64,000 nucleotides of DNA from an uncultured Maribacter sp. Its GTDB lineage: Bacteria > Bacteroidota > Bacteroidia > Flavobacteriales > Flavobacteriaceae. Location: assembly GCF_947495965.1 (NCBI RefSeq), contig NZ_CANMBB010000001.1, positions 521,728-585,727 of the forward strand, given 5' to 3'. Below, one piece after another: positions 56,114 to 64,000 of this stretch. Each line of letters begins with the position of its first letter. Position 1 is the stretch's first letter. A program made the position numbers and the translations under genes. The notes under the pieces were generated by a model. It was given only the letters and a program-made list of their open reading frames with translations, ran no database searches and was not told where the DNA came from.

Positions 56114-56134
56114 ATAGAATTTATTAAATTCTAT
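56114..56134. promoter_or_regulatory. 21-bp perfect palindrome ATAGAATTTA-T-TAAATTCTAT upstream of the ECF sigma gene
   Basis: 10-bp arms around a central T, 19-39 nt upstream of the sigma start codon at 56095. Confidence 0.3.
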
Positions 56135-56222
56135 AAAAAATATGCTTAAAAATATATTATTATCATAATATACACAATAATAATACACATTTTATTGTTT
56201 TCCCAAGAATAACTACAAAAAA

Positions 56223-56993
56223 CTATTCTACGAACTCTAATAACCCAAACCGGTTAGGTTGATGTACATTTTTAGAAATATCATAAATAGGAAAAATAGT
56301 AGAAGTAGATCTACGGTTACCTTCCAAATCATTACGGTCTTGTCTAATAGCTAAAAAAGCCCAACGATTACCCGTTTTTACTTCTTTTAGCTTTCCTAAT
56401 GCACCAAATTCTGAAAGTGGAATAGCCATTTCCATAGTCCATCCTTTATCTATATCAGTATTATTATTTATAGTTCCATCATATGTTATCTCTACTTTAA
56501 ACTTTGGATTATAATTCTTAAAAACTGCATGTTCATTTTTATAATAATCGTTAAAATAAATAAAATCATTTGATGCTTTATTTAGATTTAGCTCAAATCC
56601 AAAATGAGTATCTAAGCTATCTGGGACTGTTATTAAAAATAGTTCCGCACAGTCATCAAAATAAGGTTGCCCGTCTCTTTTAGTTTCTCTTGCAGTTATA
56701 TACTGGTCTTCACATTTAAAAAAAACATATAAATTCTCTTCATCCCAAAGCATTTTAAAAGTAGTTTTTTGCTTATCTGTAGATTTATCTATTTTATAAA
56801 AATAGTTTAACTCTCTTGCTTCAGTTTTGTCCCAAACTTCTTCCTCCTGTTTACCGTCTACAATAATAGAGGTTGTTGCTTTACTAACTTTAAAAACGGG
56901 TTGTTCCCCTAGTGACAATTTTTTCTTTTCCTGAGCATTACAGATGATACTAAGGAATAAAAACAGAAAAAAAAATTCTCTTATTTTAAGCAT
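56223..56993 (-). CDS. Secreted CBM9-like (carbohydrate-binding family 9 / DOMON-related) protein
   Basis: Start taken at MLKIREFFFLFLFLS (signal peptide). Motifs VDGKQEEEVWDK, FKMLWDEENLYVFFKCED, FDDCAELFL. Confidence 0.65.
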   Translation of the reverse strand: MLKIREFFFLFLFLSIICNAQEKKKLSLGEQPVFKVSKATTSIIVDGKQEEEVWDKTEARELNYFYKIDKSTDKQKTTFKMLWDEENLYVFFKCEDQYITARETKRDGQPYFDDCAELFLITVPDSLDTHFGFELNLNKASNDFIYFNDYYKNEHAVFKNYNPKFKVEITYDGTINNNTDIDKGWTMEMAIPLSEFGALGKLKEVKTGNRWAFLAIRQDRNDLEGNRRSTSTIFPIYDISKNVHQPNRFGLLEFVE

Positions 56994-57012
56994 CTTTAAT
57001 GGAGTTAAAAAA

Positions 57013-58482
57013 TTATTTTTTATTACCATTAAAAGCTGTTTGTTTAAACTTATATATGCTAGATGGAGTTCTACTTTCTTCTAATATTTTGACTAATTCT
57101 ACTACTTTATTTTTCATATTACTGGCAAGATTATTTGTTTCTCCTGGATCCTCTTCTAAATTATACAGCTCATAATCTCCATTTTTCTTAACATTATATC
57201 TTACTAATTTCCATTTTCCTTTTCTAATTGCCTGTCTTCCTCCTTTTTCATGAAATTCCCAATATAAATGATTATGTTGCTCTTGTACTTCTTCACTTTT
57301 TAAGGTTGGTAAAAAAGAGATTCCATCTAAATCACTTTCAATCTTTGCTTCAACAATCTCCCCTAATGTTGGTAAAACATCCCAAAAAGCAGAAACATGA
57401 TTTGTTGTTGTATTCTCCTTAATAACACCTTTCCATTTAGCAATCATAGGAACATGAATACCTCCTTCATACAAATCTCTTTTGTATCCACGGTATATAC
57501 CATTACTATTAAAATAATCTGGATCTGCCCCTCCTTCTATATGTGGGCCATTATCTGATGTAAAAATTATTAGCGTATTTTCCTCAAGGCCTAACTCTTT
57601 TAATTTACTAACAATATCTCCTACTTGATTATCTAATAGTGTTACCATTGCAGCAAAAGCTGCATGCGTATTTTCTTGAGATTCATAATCTCCATTTCTA
57701 TACTCTTCTCCACTATCTCTTCCTTCAAATGATTTTTCTGGTTCTAGTTTTCCTAAAAACATATCTATATATTTTTTAGGAGCGGCAAGTTCTGCATGTG
57801 GAATTACACTTGGATAGTACATAAAAAAGGGCTGGTTCTTATGTTTTTCCATAAAAGAAATTGCTTTTTCATGAATTAAATTAGGTGCATATTCTTCTTT
57901 TTTATAACCCTTATTACCATTAAGCATTACTTTGGTAGTATTATCCCATAAATGATATGGATAATAATGATGTCCTAAACGCTGACAATTATAGCCATAA
58001 AAAGTATCGAACCCCTGGTTTAATGGTTCTCCTTCTGAACCAGGATACCCTAAACCCCATTTTCCAAAAGCACCTGTAGCGTACCCTTTTTCTTGTAACA
58101 TTTGAGCCAAAGTAAATGTTCCTTTAGGCATTGGCCATTGCCCTTCTGGAAGAACTTCTTTATTGCCTCTAATAGGTGTATGCCCTGTATGCTGACCTGT
58201 TATTAATGCTGATCTTGATGGTGCACAAACAGTAGCACCAGAATAATGCTGCAAAAAAAACATCCCTTCACGAGCAAGCTTATCTATATTAGGAGTACTA
58301 AATTTTTTCTGTCCAGTAAAGCTTAAATCCCCATAACCCAAGTCATCTGCCAAAATGTATACTATATTAGGCAGCTTTATTTCTTTTTCTTTAGGCTTAT
58401 TTTCTTTTGTTTTACAAGAGAAAAAAATAAAAAAACAAAGTATACTTATTTGAAATTTTAATAGAAGATTTGTTGTTTTCAT
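57013..58482 (-). CDS. S1-family sulfatase, lipoprotein
   Basis: Start taken at MKTTNLLLKF...FFSC. Motifs NIVYILADDLGYGD, CAPSRSALITG, GKWGLG, TSDNGP. Confidence 0.85.
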   Translation of the reverse strand: MKTTNLLLKFQISILCFFIFFSCKTKENKPKEKEIKLPNIVYILADDLGYGDLSFTGQKKFSTPNIDKLAREGMFFLQHYSGATVCAPSRSALITGQHTGHTPIRGNKEVLPEGQWPMPKGTFTLAQMLQEKGYATGAFGKWGLGYPGSEGEPLNQGFDTFYGYNCQRLGHHYYPYHLWDNTTKVMLNGNKGYKKEEYAPNLIHEKAISFMEKHKNQPFFMYYPSVIPHAELAAPKKYIDMFLGKLEPEKSFEGRDSGEEYRNGDYESQENTHAAFAAMVTLLDNQVGDIVSKLKELGLEENTLIIFTSDNGPHIEGGADPDYFNSNGIYRGYKRDLYEGGIHVPMIAKWKGVIKENTTTNHVSAFWDVLPTLGEIVEAKIESDLDGISFLPTLKSEEVQEQHNHLYWEFHEKGGRQAIRKGKWKLVRYNVKKNGDYELYNLEEDPGETNNLASNMKNKVVELVKILEESRTPSSIYKFKQTAFNGNKK

Positions 58483-58501
58483 AAATACATATTGTTTAAA
58501 A

Positions 58502-59380
58502 TTATAGTTCACACTCTTCTTCTTTAAGATTTTGCAAAGTAGGATTATAAGCATTACTACTAACTAAATAGTTGCCATTATAATTAACTATAGCCTGCAA
58601 TTTAAGTCCGCAAAAACTTGAAAGGACTAAATTTTCATTAACTACTAATCTTTCTTTTATCGAGGTTAAATTAGAGAGGCCGTTTAAATTTAAACAACTA
58701 TTATTTCTTTCAATGAAAAGATTATCTACTTCCTCTAGACCTTCTAAGCCATTTAAATTTTCTATAGCATTCCCTACTATGTGCAACCATTGAGTACTTT
58801 TTAAATTAGTAAGACCATTTAAACTTTTTAAGTTATAATTATCTATCACATTTAAACTACTCGATAAATTAACTACTCCATTTAAACCTTCAAGATTCAT
58901 AAGAGTAACATTATGCCTTATAGAAATAACTGCCGCTTCAGAAATTTTTTCCAAACCTTTTAAACTAACTAATTTAGGATTACCTGAAATAATTACTTGC
59001 CCACTGGTTGTCATATTAGCCAAAGCCTCTATGCTTTCTATATTTTCATTTTGACTAATTGTTATAGAGTTTTCTACTTCTACAAGGTTTTCTAAGCCCA
59101 TTAAACTACTTAACTCATCATTAAATATTAGGAGTATACTTGACGCACTTTTTAGATTCTTTAGACTTTTTAATTCTAAAATATTTGTTGCTTCTAATTC
59201 ATCTCCGCCAATAGTTAGCACCCCATTAACTTGAGTAATTTTTTTTGCCCCAAAATCATCCACTTCTTTTTGAGTTTTGAGTGTTACATCTCCTTCAAAA
59301 ATTTTATCTGCAACAATAGCATCATCACTAGAGCAATTAAATAAAAAAACAATAAAAATTATTCCAAGTATTTTTTTCAT
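58502..59380 (-). CDS. Leucine-rich-repeat (receptor-L-domain-like) lipoprotein
   Basis: 292 aa with a lipobox (LFNC). It carries about nine irregular 22-24-aa repeats of the type L.GL.NL..(I/V)...L.I..N..L. Confidence 0.55.
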   Translation of the reverse strand: MKKILGIIFIVFLFNCSSDDAIVADKIFEGDVTLKTQKEVDDFGAKKITQVNGVLTIGGDELEATNILELKSLKNLKSASSILLIFNDELSSLMGLENLVEVENSITISQNENIESIEALANMTTSGQVIISGNPKLVSLKGLEKISEAAVISIRHNVTLMNLEGLNGVVNLSSSLNVIDNYNLKSLNGLTNLKSTQWLHIVGNAIENLNGLEGLEEVDNLFIERNNSCLNLNGLSNLTSIKERLVVNENLVLSSFCGLKLQAIVNYNGNYLVSSNAYNPTLQNLKEEECEL

Positions 59381-59399
59381 ATTACCTATTTTTTAATAT

Positions 59400-60389
59400 T
59401 CAATAATCTATCTTCTCCATGCTTTTCAATTCTGGAGAACCCCCTTTATTTCCTGAGCCAGATGCCACGTAGCAAGCACTCTTATAAACTATAATACCTG
59501 ATCCGTGTCTACCTCTTTGTAAACTAGGTTTTTTATACCATTCCTTTGTTTGGGTATTTAACACCTCAACTTCATTATGCGCTACTGGTTGGTTATCGGA
59601 TTCCCCGCCAATTACCCAAATATGTTTTTTAATTGCAGTTACCATATTACCAGCTCGTTCTGTAGGCAAATTATTCGGCATGGTTTCCCAACTCTCTTTT
59701 TCAATATCAAAAACATTTACTTCTGCTATTGTATGTTTAAAAGTTTCGTCTGGAGCTTTAGATTGCCTTCCTCCCAAGAGGTATATTTTATCTTCTACTA
59801 TAGTTGCCTGAAAATGGTCTCTTGCTATAGGAGCATCTGGTAAAATTTGCCACTCCCCAGTTTTTAAATTATAGGTGTCTAACCACTTTTTATGATCGCC
59901 AATATGGCCATTTTTTATACCACAAGATATATATACATTATCCTTATAAATAACATTTCCTGTAGAGCCTCTTACTCTTTCTTTTGGTATAGTATCTCCT
60001 TTATACCATCTATTTGTAGAAACATTATATATGTAAATATTTGGAACTGGTGTTTCACCTGGATACCTTCCTGTCATTGCTCCAATAACATAAACTAAAT
60101 TTTTATAAACTACTGGCTGAAAATGATGCAGCTCTATAGGTGGTTTAGCTCCTTTAGTCCAAACTCCAGTTACTGCATTATAAATACTTACAGGTCTAAT
60201 ACCTCTTCCTCCTAATAAATAAAATTTATCCTTAACACATACAAATGCGGCCTCATGCCTTCCTATTAATTCAGATTCATTTGTAGAGATTACATTTCCC
60301 CAGCTATTCTCTTTTTCTTTATTTTGTTTTGCCCCTGCACAAGAGATTAATAACACCAGTATACCACCAAAAAAAAATCTACCTAACAT
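59400..60389 (-). CDS. Kelch-repeat beta-propeller lipoprotein
   Basis: 329 aa with a lipobox (LISC). About six blades show the Kelch pattern (FYLLGG, VYVIGA, VYISCG, IYLLGG, IWVIGG, CYVASG, each followed by a W about 15 residues later). Confidence 0.6.
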   Translation of the reverse strand: MLGRFFFGGILVLLISCAGAKQNKEKENSWGNVISTNESELIGRHEAAFVCVKDKFYLLGGRGIRPVSIYNAVTGVWTKGAKPPIELHHFQPVVYKNLVYVIGAMTGRYPGETPVPNIYIYNVSTNRWYKGDTIPKERVRGSTGNVIYKDNVYISCGIKNGHIGDHKKWLDTYNLKTGEWQILPDAPIARDHFQATIVEDKIYLLGGRQSKAPDETFKHTIAEVNVFDIEKESWETMPNNLPTERAGNMVTAIKKHIWVIGGESDNQPVAHNEVEVLNTQTKEWYKKPSLQRGRHGSGIIVYKSACYVASGSGNKGGSPELKSMEKIDY

Positions 60390-60393
60390 TAAG

Positions 60394-61215
60394 TTAATTA
60401 TTTAAAAATTGTGAAATTGGAATATCTTCAGAAAATTCTTTTATTTTAATGTTCTTATAAAAAATCTCTGCTGTTTCTGCTTGTAAACCTATTACCCCTT
60501 CTTTATGTTTTATATTAGTCATTACATTAACCACCTTATTATTTAATTTAAAAATGGCATAAGAATTACCCATAACAATAACCTCGCAATGGTTCCATTT
60601 TCCATTAAGCGCATTATACTCCGCATTTATAGATGCTCTATGCTCCCCTCCCTTATGCGCTTGTAAAACACCTCCTTCTTTTAGAGGTGTATATGTTTTA
60701 TTTTCTGATGCTTTATCATGAATACTTGCATACCAATCAAAACTAGAGCCAGAATTCCATATATCTCCGGTATGGTTTAAATCTTTTATATGATTATATC
60801 GTACTTGATATTCTATACCTTCTGGCCATATTTTGGTGTTAAAAACATGAAAATACATTCCTGCATCATATTGGTAGGTATCGTAATTATTAAACAATTT
60901 ACTGCCCCATTTATAATCAAACTTAAAAATATAACGACTATATTTTTTCTTTGTAAAAATCATACAGTGCGTTTCATTCTTATTTTCTGAAACACCATAT
61001 TTATCTGGAAAATCTTTAAAAACATGGATTTCTTTATTCTTTTCTAAACTAAATACTTTTTTGGCTAACTCAGGGTCTTCCCCTTTACAATGGCAATCCC
61101 AATTATTTAAATTTTCTCCGTTGTACAATGGGATAAAATCTTTAATAGTTTCTGCTCCTTTATTTTTACAACTAAAAGCACAAAAAATTAAAGACAATAA
61201 AAAAAGGTTTTTCAT
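60394..61215 (-). CDS. DUF1080 ('3-keto-disaccharide hydrolase'-like, concanavalin-type jelly roll) lipoprotein
   Basis: 273 aa with a lipobox (AFSC). Motifs LYNGENLNNW, TGDIWN, GKWNHCEVIV, and the terminal GLQAETAEIFYKNIKIKEF typical of DUF1080. Confidence 0.6.
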   Translation of the reverse strand: MKNLFLLSLIFCAFSCKNKGAETIKDFIPLYNGENLNNWDCHCKGEDPELAKKVFSLEKNKEIHVFKDFPDKYGVSENKNETHCMIFTKKKYSRYIFKFDYKWGSKLFNNYDTYQYDAGMYFHVFNTKIWPEGIEYQVRYNHIKDLNHTGDIWNSGSSFDWYASIHDKASENKTYTPLKEGGVLQAHKGGEHRASINAEYNALNGKWNHCEVIVMGNSYAIFKLNNKVVNVMTNIKHKEGVIGLQAETAEIFYKNIKIKEFSEDIPISQFLNN

Positions 61216-61325
61216 TAGTCTATTGGTTTATGTATAATATGAGTAAAAGGGGGTTTACTAAAATAGAAAAATAAAAGGAGTATTAAAAGGCTGTTTTTGT
61301 TATGGTTAAAACTCCAAATAAAAAA

Positions 61326-61349
61326 GGGAGCCGTATACTATTGCCTCCC
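61326..61349 (-). terminator. Terminator-like hairpin after aceA
   Basis: GGGAG (61326-61330) pairs with CTCCC (61345-61349). It is flanked by an A-run and a T-run, so a T-run follows it on the minus strand. Confidence 0.45.
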
Positions 61350-61375
61350 TTTTTCCAAAAATAAAAAAAGACGAT

Positions 61376-62974
61376 TTATTTAACCATAACTGATTCCTTT
61401 TCCTTACTATCAAATTGATTACTTGTGTTTTTTTCTCCACCTGCCTTTAAAGCTTTATCTCCTGCAAAGAAGGTTTTATGGTCATCTCCTAAATCTGAAC
61501 CTGCCATTCTCTGATGTTTTACACAAGAAACTCCTTTTCGTATTTCTTGTCGCTGTACAGCATCTACGTAAGACAACATCCCTAAATCTCCAAAATAACC
61601 TTCTACTAGGTTATTCATGTGTAAAGCAGTAGTATGATAGGTCGGCAGTGTTATTAAATGGTGAAAGACTCCTGCATTTAAAGATGCTTCTATCTGAAAA
61701 GTTCTAATCATTTCATCTGCAATATCTGACAATGGGGTGTTATCATATTTTAAATCCATTAATTTTTCTCTACTATACCTAGACATATCCAAACCTTCTT
61801 TTTTCATAACATCATAGGCTTGCTGTCTAAAATTAATTGTCCAATTAAATGATGGGGAATTATTATATACCAATTTTGCATTAGGTACTTGTTCCTTAAC
61901 TCTATTTACCATATGTGCAATTTGATGAACATTTGGTGTGGGAGTTTCTATCCAAAGTAAATCTGCTCCATTTTTTAAACTGGTAACACAATCTAAAACT
62001 ACTCTATCAATATTAGAATTTGGTTTAAATTTATATAATCCATTAGGCATACGAACTGGCTTAACTAATTTTCCATTTCGCTTAAATAACACATCGTTAT
62101 CTTTAACTTCATTCGCAGAAACCTCTTCTGCCTCAATAAAATCCATATACTTTGATGCTAAATCTCCATCTTTAAGAGAAACAGGTAATTTTTGAGTTAA
62201 ACCTGCTCCTTCAGAATCTGTTCGTGCTACAATAATGCCTTCCTCTACTCCTAATTCTAAAAACGCATAACGCAGTGCATTTAATTTAGCTATAAAGTCT
62301 TCATGAGGCACTGTTACTTTACCATCTTGATGACCACACTGCTTAGCATCGGATACTTGATTCTCTATCTGTAGAGCACAAGCACCTGCCTCAATCATTT
62401 TTTTTGCAAGTAAATACGTTGCCTCTTCATTACCAAAACCTGCATCAATATCTGCTATGATTGGTACAACATGGGTTTCAAAATTATCAATCTCATCTTG
62501 CACATCTTCACCTGAATCTAAACGACGAAAAAGGTCGTTCAAGGCTACAGCATCTGCCTGACATAGGAAAGTGTATATCTCTTCGATTAACTTAGGCACA
62601 GCTGTTTTCTCATGCATAGATTGATCAGGCAAAGGCCCTAATTCTGAGCGTAAAGCTGCTACCATCCAACCAGAAAGGTATAAATATTTTTTATTGGTAG
62701 TACCGTGATGTTTTTTTACTGCAATCATTTTTTGTTGGGCAACAAAGCCATGCCAACAACCTAGAGATTGAGTGTATTTAGAGGAATCCTCATCATAATC
62801 TGCCATATCTTTTCGCATTATAGACGCTGTGTATTTGGCAATATCTAAACCTGTTTTAAACCTATTCTGAATTCTCATTCTTGCCGTATTCTCTGGGCTT
62901 ATTGCTGCCCATCTATTTCCATGCTGTTTCTTTATGTTACGAATAGCATTTATTGCTGAATTATAATTTTCCAT
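61376..62974 (-). CDS. aceA: Isocitrate lyase (long Bacteroidota/eukaryote-like form)
   Basis: 532 aa. Contains the ICL signature KQCGHQDGK, plus ADIDAGFG and ARTDSE. Confidence 0.9.
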   Translation of the reverse strand: MENYNSAINAIRNIKKQHGNRWAAISPENTARMRIQNRFKTGLDIAKYTASIMRKDMADYDEDSSKYTQSLGCWHGFVAQQKMIAVKKHHGTTNKKYLYLSGWMVAALRSELGPLPDQSMHEKTAVPKLIEEIYTFLCQADAVALNDLFRRLDSGEDVQDEIDNFETHVVPIIADIDAGFGNEEATYLLAKKMIEAGACALQIENQVSDAKQCGHQDGKVTVPHEDFIAKLNALRYAFLELGVEEGIIVARTDSEGAGLTQKLPVSLKDGDLASKYMDFIEAEEVSANEVKDNDVLFKRNGKLVKPVRMPNGLYKFKPNSNIDRVVLDCVTSLKNGADLLWIETPTPNVHQIAHMVNRVKEQVPNAKLVYNNSPSFNWTINFRQQAYDVMKKEGLDMSRYSREKLMDLKYDNTPLSDIADEMIRTFQIEASLNAGVFHHLITLPTYHTTALHMNNLVEGYFGDLGMLSYVDAVQRQEIRKGVSCVKHQRMAGSDLGDDHKTFFAGDKALKAGGEKNTSNQFDSKEKESVMVK

Positions 62975-62986
62975 ATTATTATTATT

Positions 62987-63118
62987 TTAAGAATACTTTA
63001 ATTGAGGTTGTTCTGTTGCTATTTTTTCAGTTAATACATTATAAGACTCATTCCATTGTATTGTGTTATTAATTGCCCAATTTGTAATTAATGACCGCTT
63101 TTTCGTTGAAGATTTCAT
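62987..63118 (-). CDS. Small hypothetical ORF (43 aa) in the aceB-aceA spacer
   Basis: I translated it by hand as MKSSTKKRSLITNWAINNTIQWNESYNVLTEKIATEQPQLKYS, from ATG at 63118 to TAA at 62987. There is no homology evidence. Confidence 0.2.
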   Translation of the reverse strand: MKSSTKKRSLITNWAINNTIQWNESYNVLTEKIATEQPQLKYS

Positions 63119-63152
63119 AATTTTGATTTACGTTATTATTTATTAATAATTT

Positions 63153-63195
63153 GAACCCTGCAATAGATGTTACCGCATCTGCGGGGTTCTTTTTT
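63153..63195 (+). terminator. Terminator-like hairpin whose G-U pair and U-tract only work on the plus strand (opposite to flanking genes)
   Basis: GAACCCTGCA (63153-63162) pairs with TGCGGGGTTC (63180-63189), with one T:G pair. T6 follows at 63190-63195 and overlaps the aceB stop codon. Confidence 0.3.
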
Positions 63196-64000
63196 ATATG
63201 TATTTATATGCCGAAAGTGTTAAAAACTCTACAAAAGTATTAGCTACTACTAGTTCTTTAAATAAAATAAAAGCTCTTTTAAACTGACCCTTTTTAATCT
63301 TTTTTGGACCTATCTCTGTGCATATTTTTTCTATTTCTTCGTCATAAATGTCTGCAAATAGATTACTAGTAAATTTTCTGCCATCTTCTAAAAAGACCTC
63401 TTTCTGTAACCAGTGCCAAATTTGCGTTCTAGAAATTTCTGCAGTTGCAGCGTCTTCCATTAAATTATATAGCGCTACCGCACCATTGCCTCGTAACCAT
63501 GCTTCTAAATAAAGTACTCCTACATTTATGTTTTTTCTAATACCTGCTTCTGTAATTGTCCCTTTTGGAAGTTCTACTAAGTCCCTTGGTTTAACATTAA
63601 CATCGTCTCTGGTAATATGTAATTGATTTGAAGATGGCATATACTTATTAAACTCTTTCATGGCTACATTTACCAATGCTGGGTGCGCAACCCATGTACC
63701 ATCATGGCCATTTTTAACTTCTCTTTCCTTATCTACACGAACCTTTTCTAGTGCCTCTTCATTTTCTTTTTCATTATTTTTAATAGGAATTTGTGCGGCC
63801 ATACCACCTATAGCAAGCACTCCTCTTTTATGACATCTTTGAATTACCAATTTAGAGTAAGCATCCATAAACGGAGAAGTCATAGTTACTTGATCCCTGT
63901 TAGGAACGACAAATCTTTGGTGATTTCTAAATTTTTTGATATATGAAAAAATATAATCCCATCTTCCACAATTTAATCCAACAATATGGTTTTTAAGTTC
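63194..64000 (-). CDS. aceB: Malate synthase A, C-terminal two-thirds (gene continues beyond the window end)
   Basis: The frame stays open upstream of the ORF-track Met: bases 64000-63884 translate to ELKNHIVGLNCGRWDYIFSYIKKFRNHQRFVVPNRDQV. Also contains HDGTWVAHP. Confidence 0.85.
   Translation of the reverse strand, partial: ELKNHIVGLNCGRWDYIFSYIKKFRNHQRFVVPNRDQVTMTSPFMDAYSKLVIQRCHKRGVLAIGGMAAQIPIKNNEKENEEALEKVRVDKEREVKNGHDGTWVAHPALVNVAMKEFNKYMPSSNQLHITRDDVNVKPRDLVELPKGTITEAGIRKNINVGVLYLEAWLRGNGAVALYNLMEDAATAEISRTQIWHWLQKEVFLEDGRKFTSNLFADIYDEEIEKICTEIGPKKIKKGQFKRAFILFKELVVANTFVEFLTLSAYKYI

Noticed and set aside
56994-59399. Three consecutive intergenic gaps of exactly 19 nt (56994-57012, 58483-58501, 59381-59399).
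   Set aside because: The three spacer sequences share no motif, and the gap lengths depend on my start-codon choices. This is most likely coincidence.
1-64000. I looked for CRISPR arrays, tRNA/rRNA genes, transposases/integrases, phage genes and recognisable defence systems (RM, TA, CBASS, retron, DGR and similar).
   Set aside because: No spaced direct-repeat array is present. No intergenic region is large or GC-rich enough for a tRNA. Every ORF of 200 aa or more has a metabolic, transport or regulatory identity.

Overview
This window is an almost fully coding, AT-rich segment. It reads as chromosome of a marine Bacteroidota, probably a Flavobacteriia-type organism. The signs are SusC/SusD pairs, a T9SS C-terminal sorting domain, many lipoprotein signals and TAnnTTTG -7 boxes. 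It is a carbohydrate-utilisation island for sulfated polysaccharides. From left to right it contains: (i) 1-10.7 kb: the tail of a GH2, a GH117, and an IclR-associated operon matching the 3,6-anhydro-L-galactose (agar) pathway, plus a sulfatase, a mutarotase and a RhaT-type permease. (ii) 10.8-18.4 kb: a PVC-type cytochrome c fusion protein and two giant FG-GAP/VCBS proteins. (iii) 18.6-33.4 kb: a sensor-less hybrid two-component/AraC regulator. It is followed by a SusC/SusD pair bracketed by two paralogous DgoT-like permeases, then DgoD-like/KdgK/Eda genes and a sulfatase. (iv) 33.5-40 kb: a tightly packed LacI-associated operon encoding a tartrate-dehydrogenase-like enzyme, a cyclase-family protein, a DUF1537 four-carbon acid-sugar kinase, an MFS permease and a Gfo/Idh/MocA oxidoreductase. 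I cannot map it to a described pathway, and it is my best candidate for an undescribed system. (v) 40-43 kb: a 969-aa DUF5060-type putative glycosidase. (vi) 43-56 kb: an ECF sigma/anti-sigma/SusC(STN)/SusD locus with sulfatases, GH88 and a beta-helix candidate lyase. (vii) 56-61 kb: five secreted accessory proteins (CBM9-like, sulfatase, LRR, Kelch, DUF1080). (viii) 61-64 kb: the glyoxylate-shunt genes aceB and aceA. I saw no rRNA, tRNA, CRISPR, transposase/integrase or recognisable defence genes. All family calls come from motif recognition by eye and recalled reference sequences, not from database searches.
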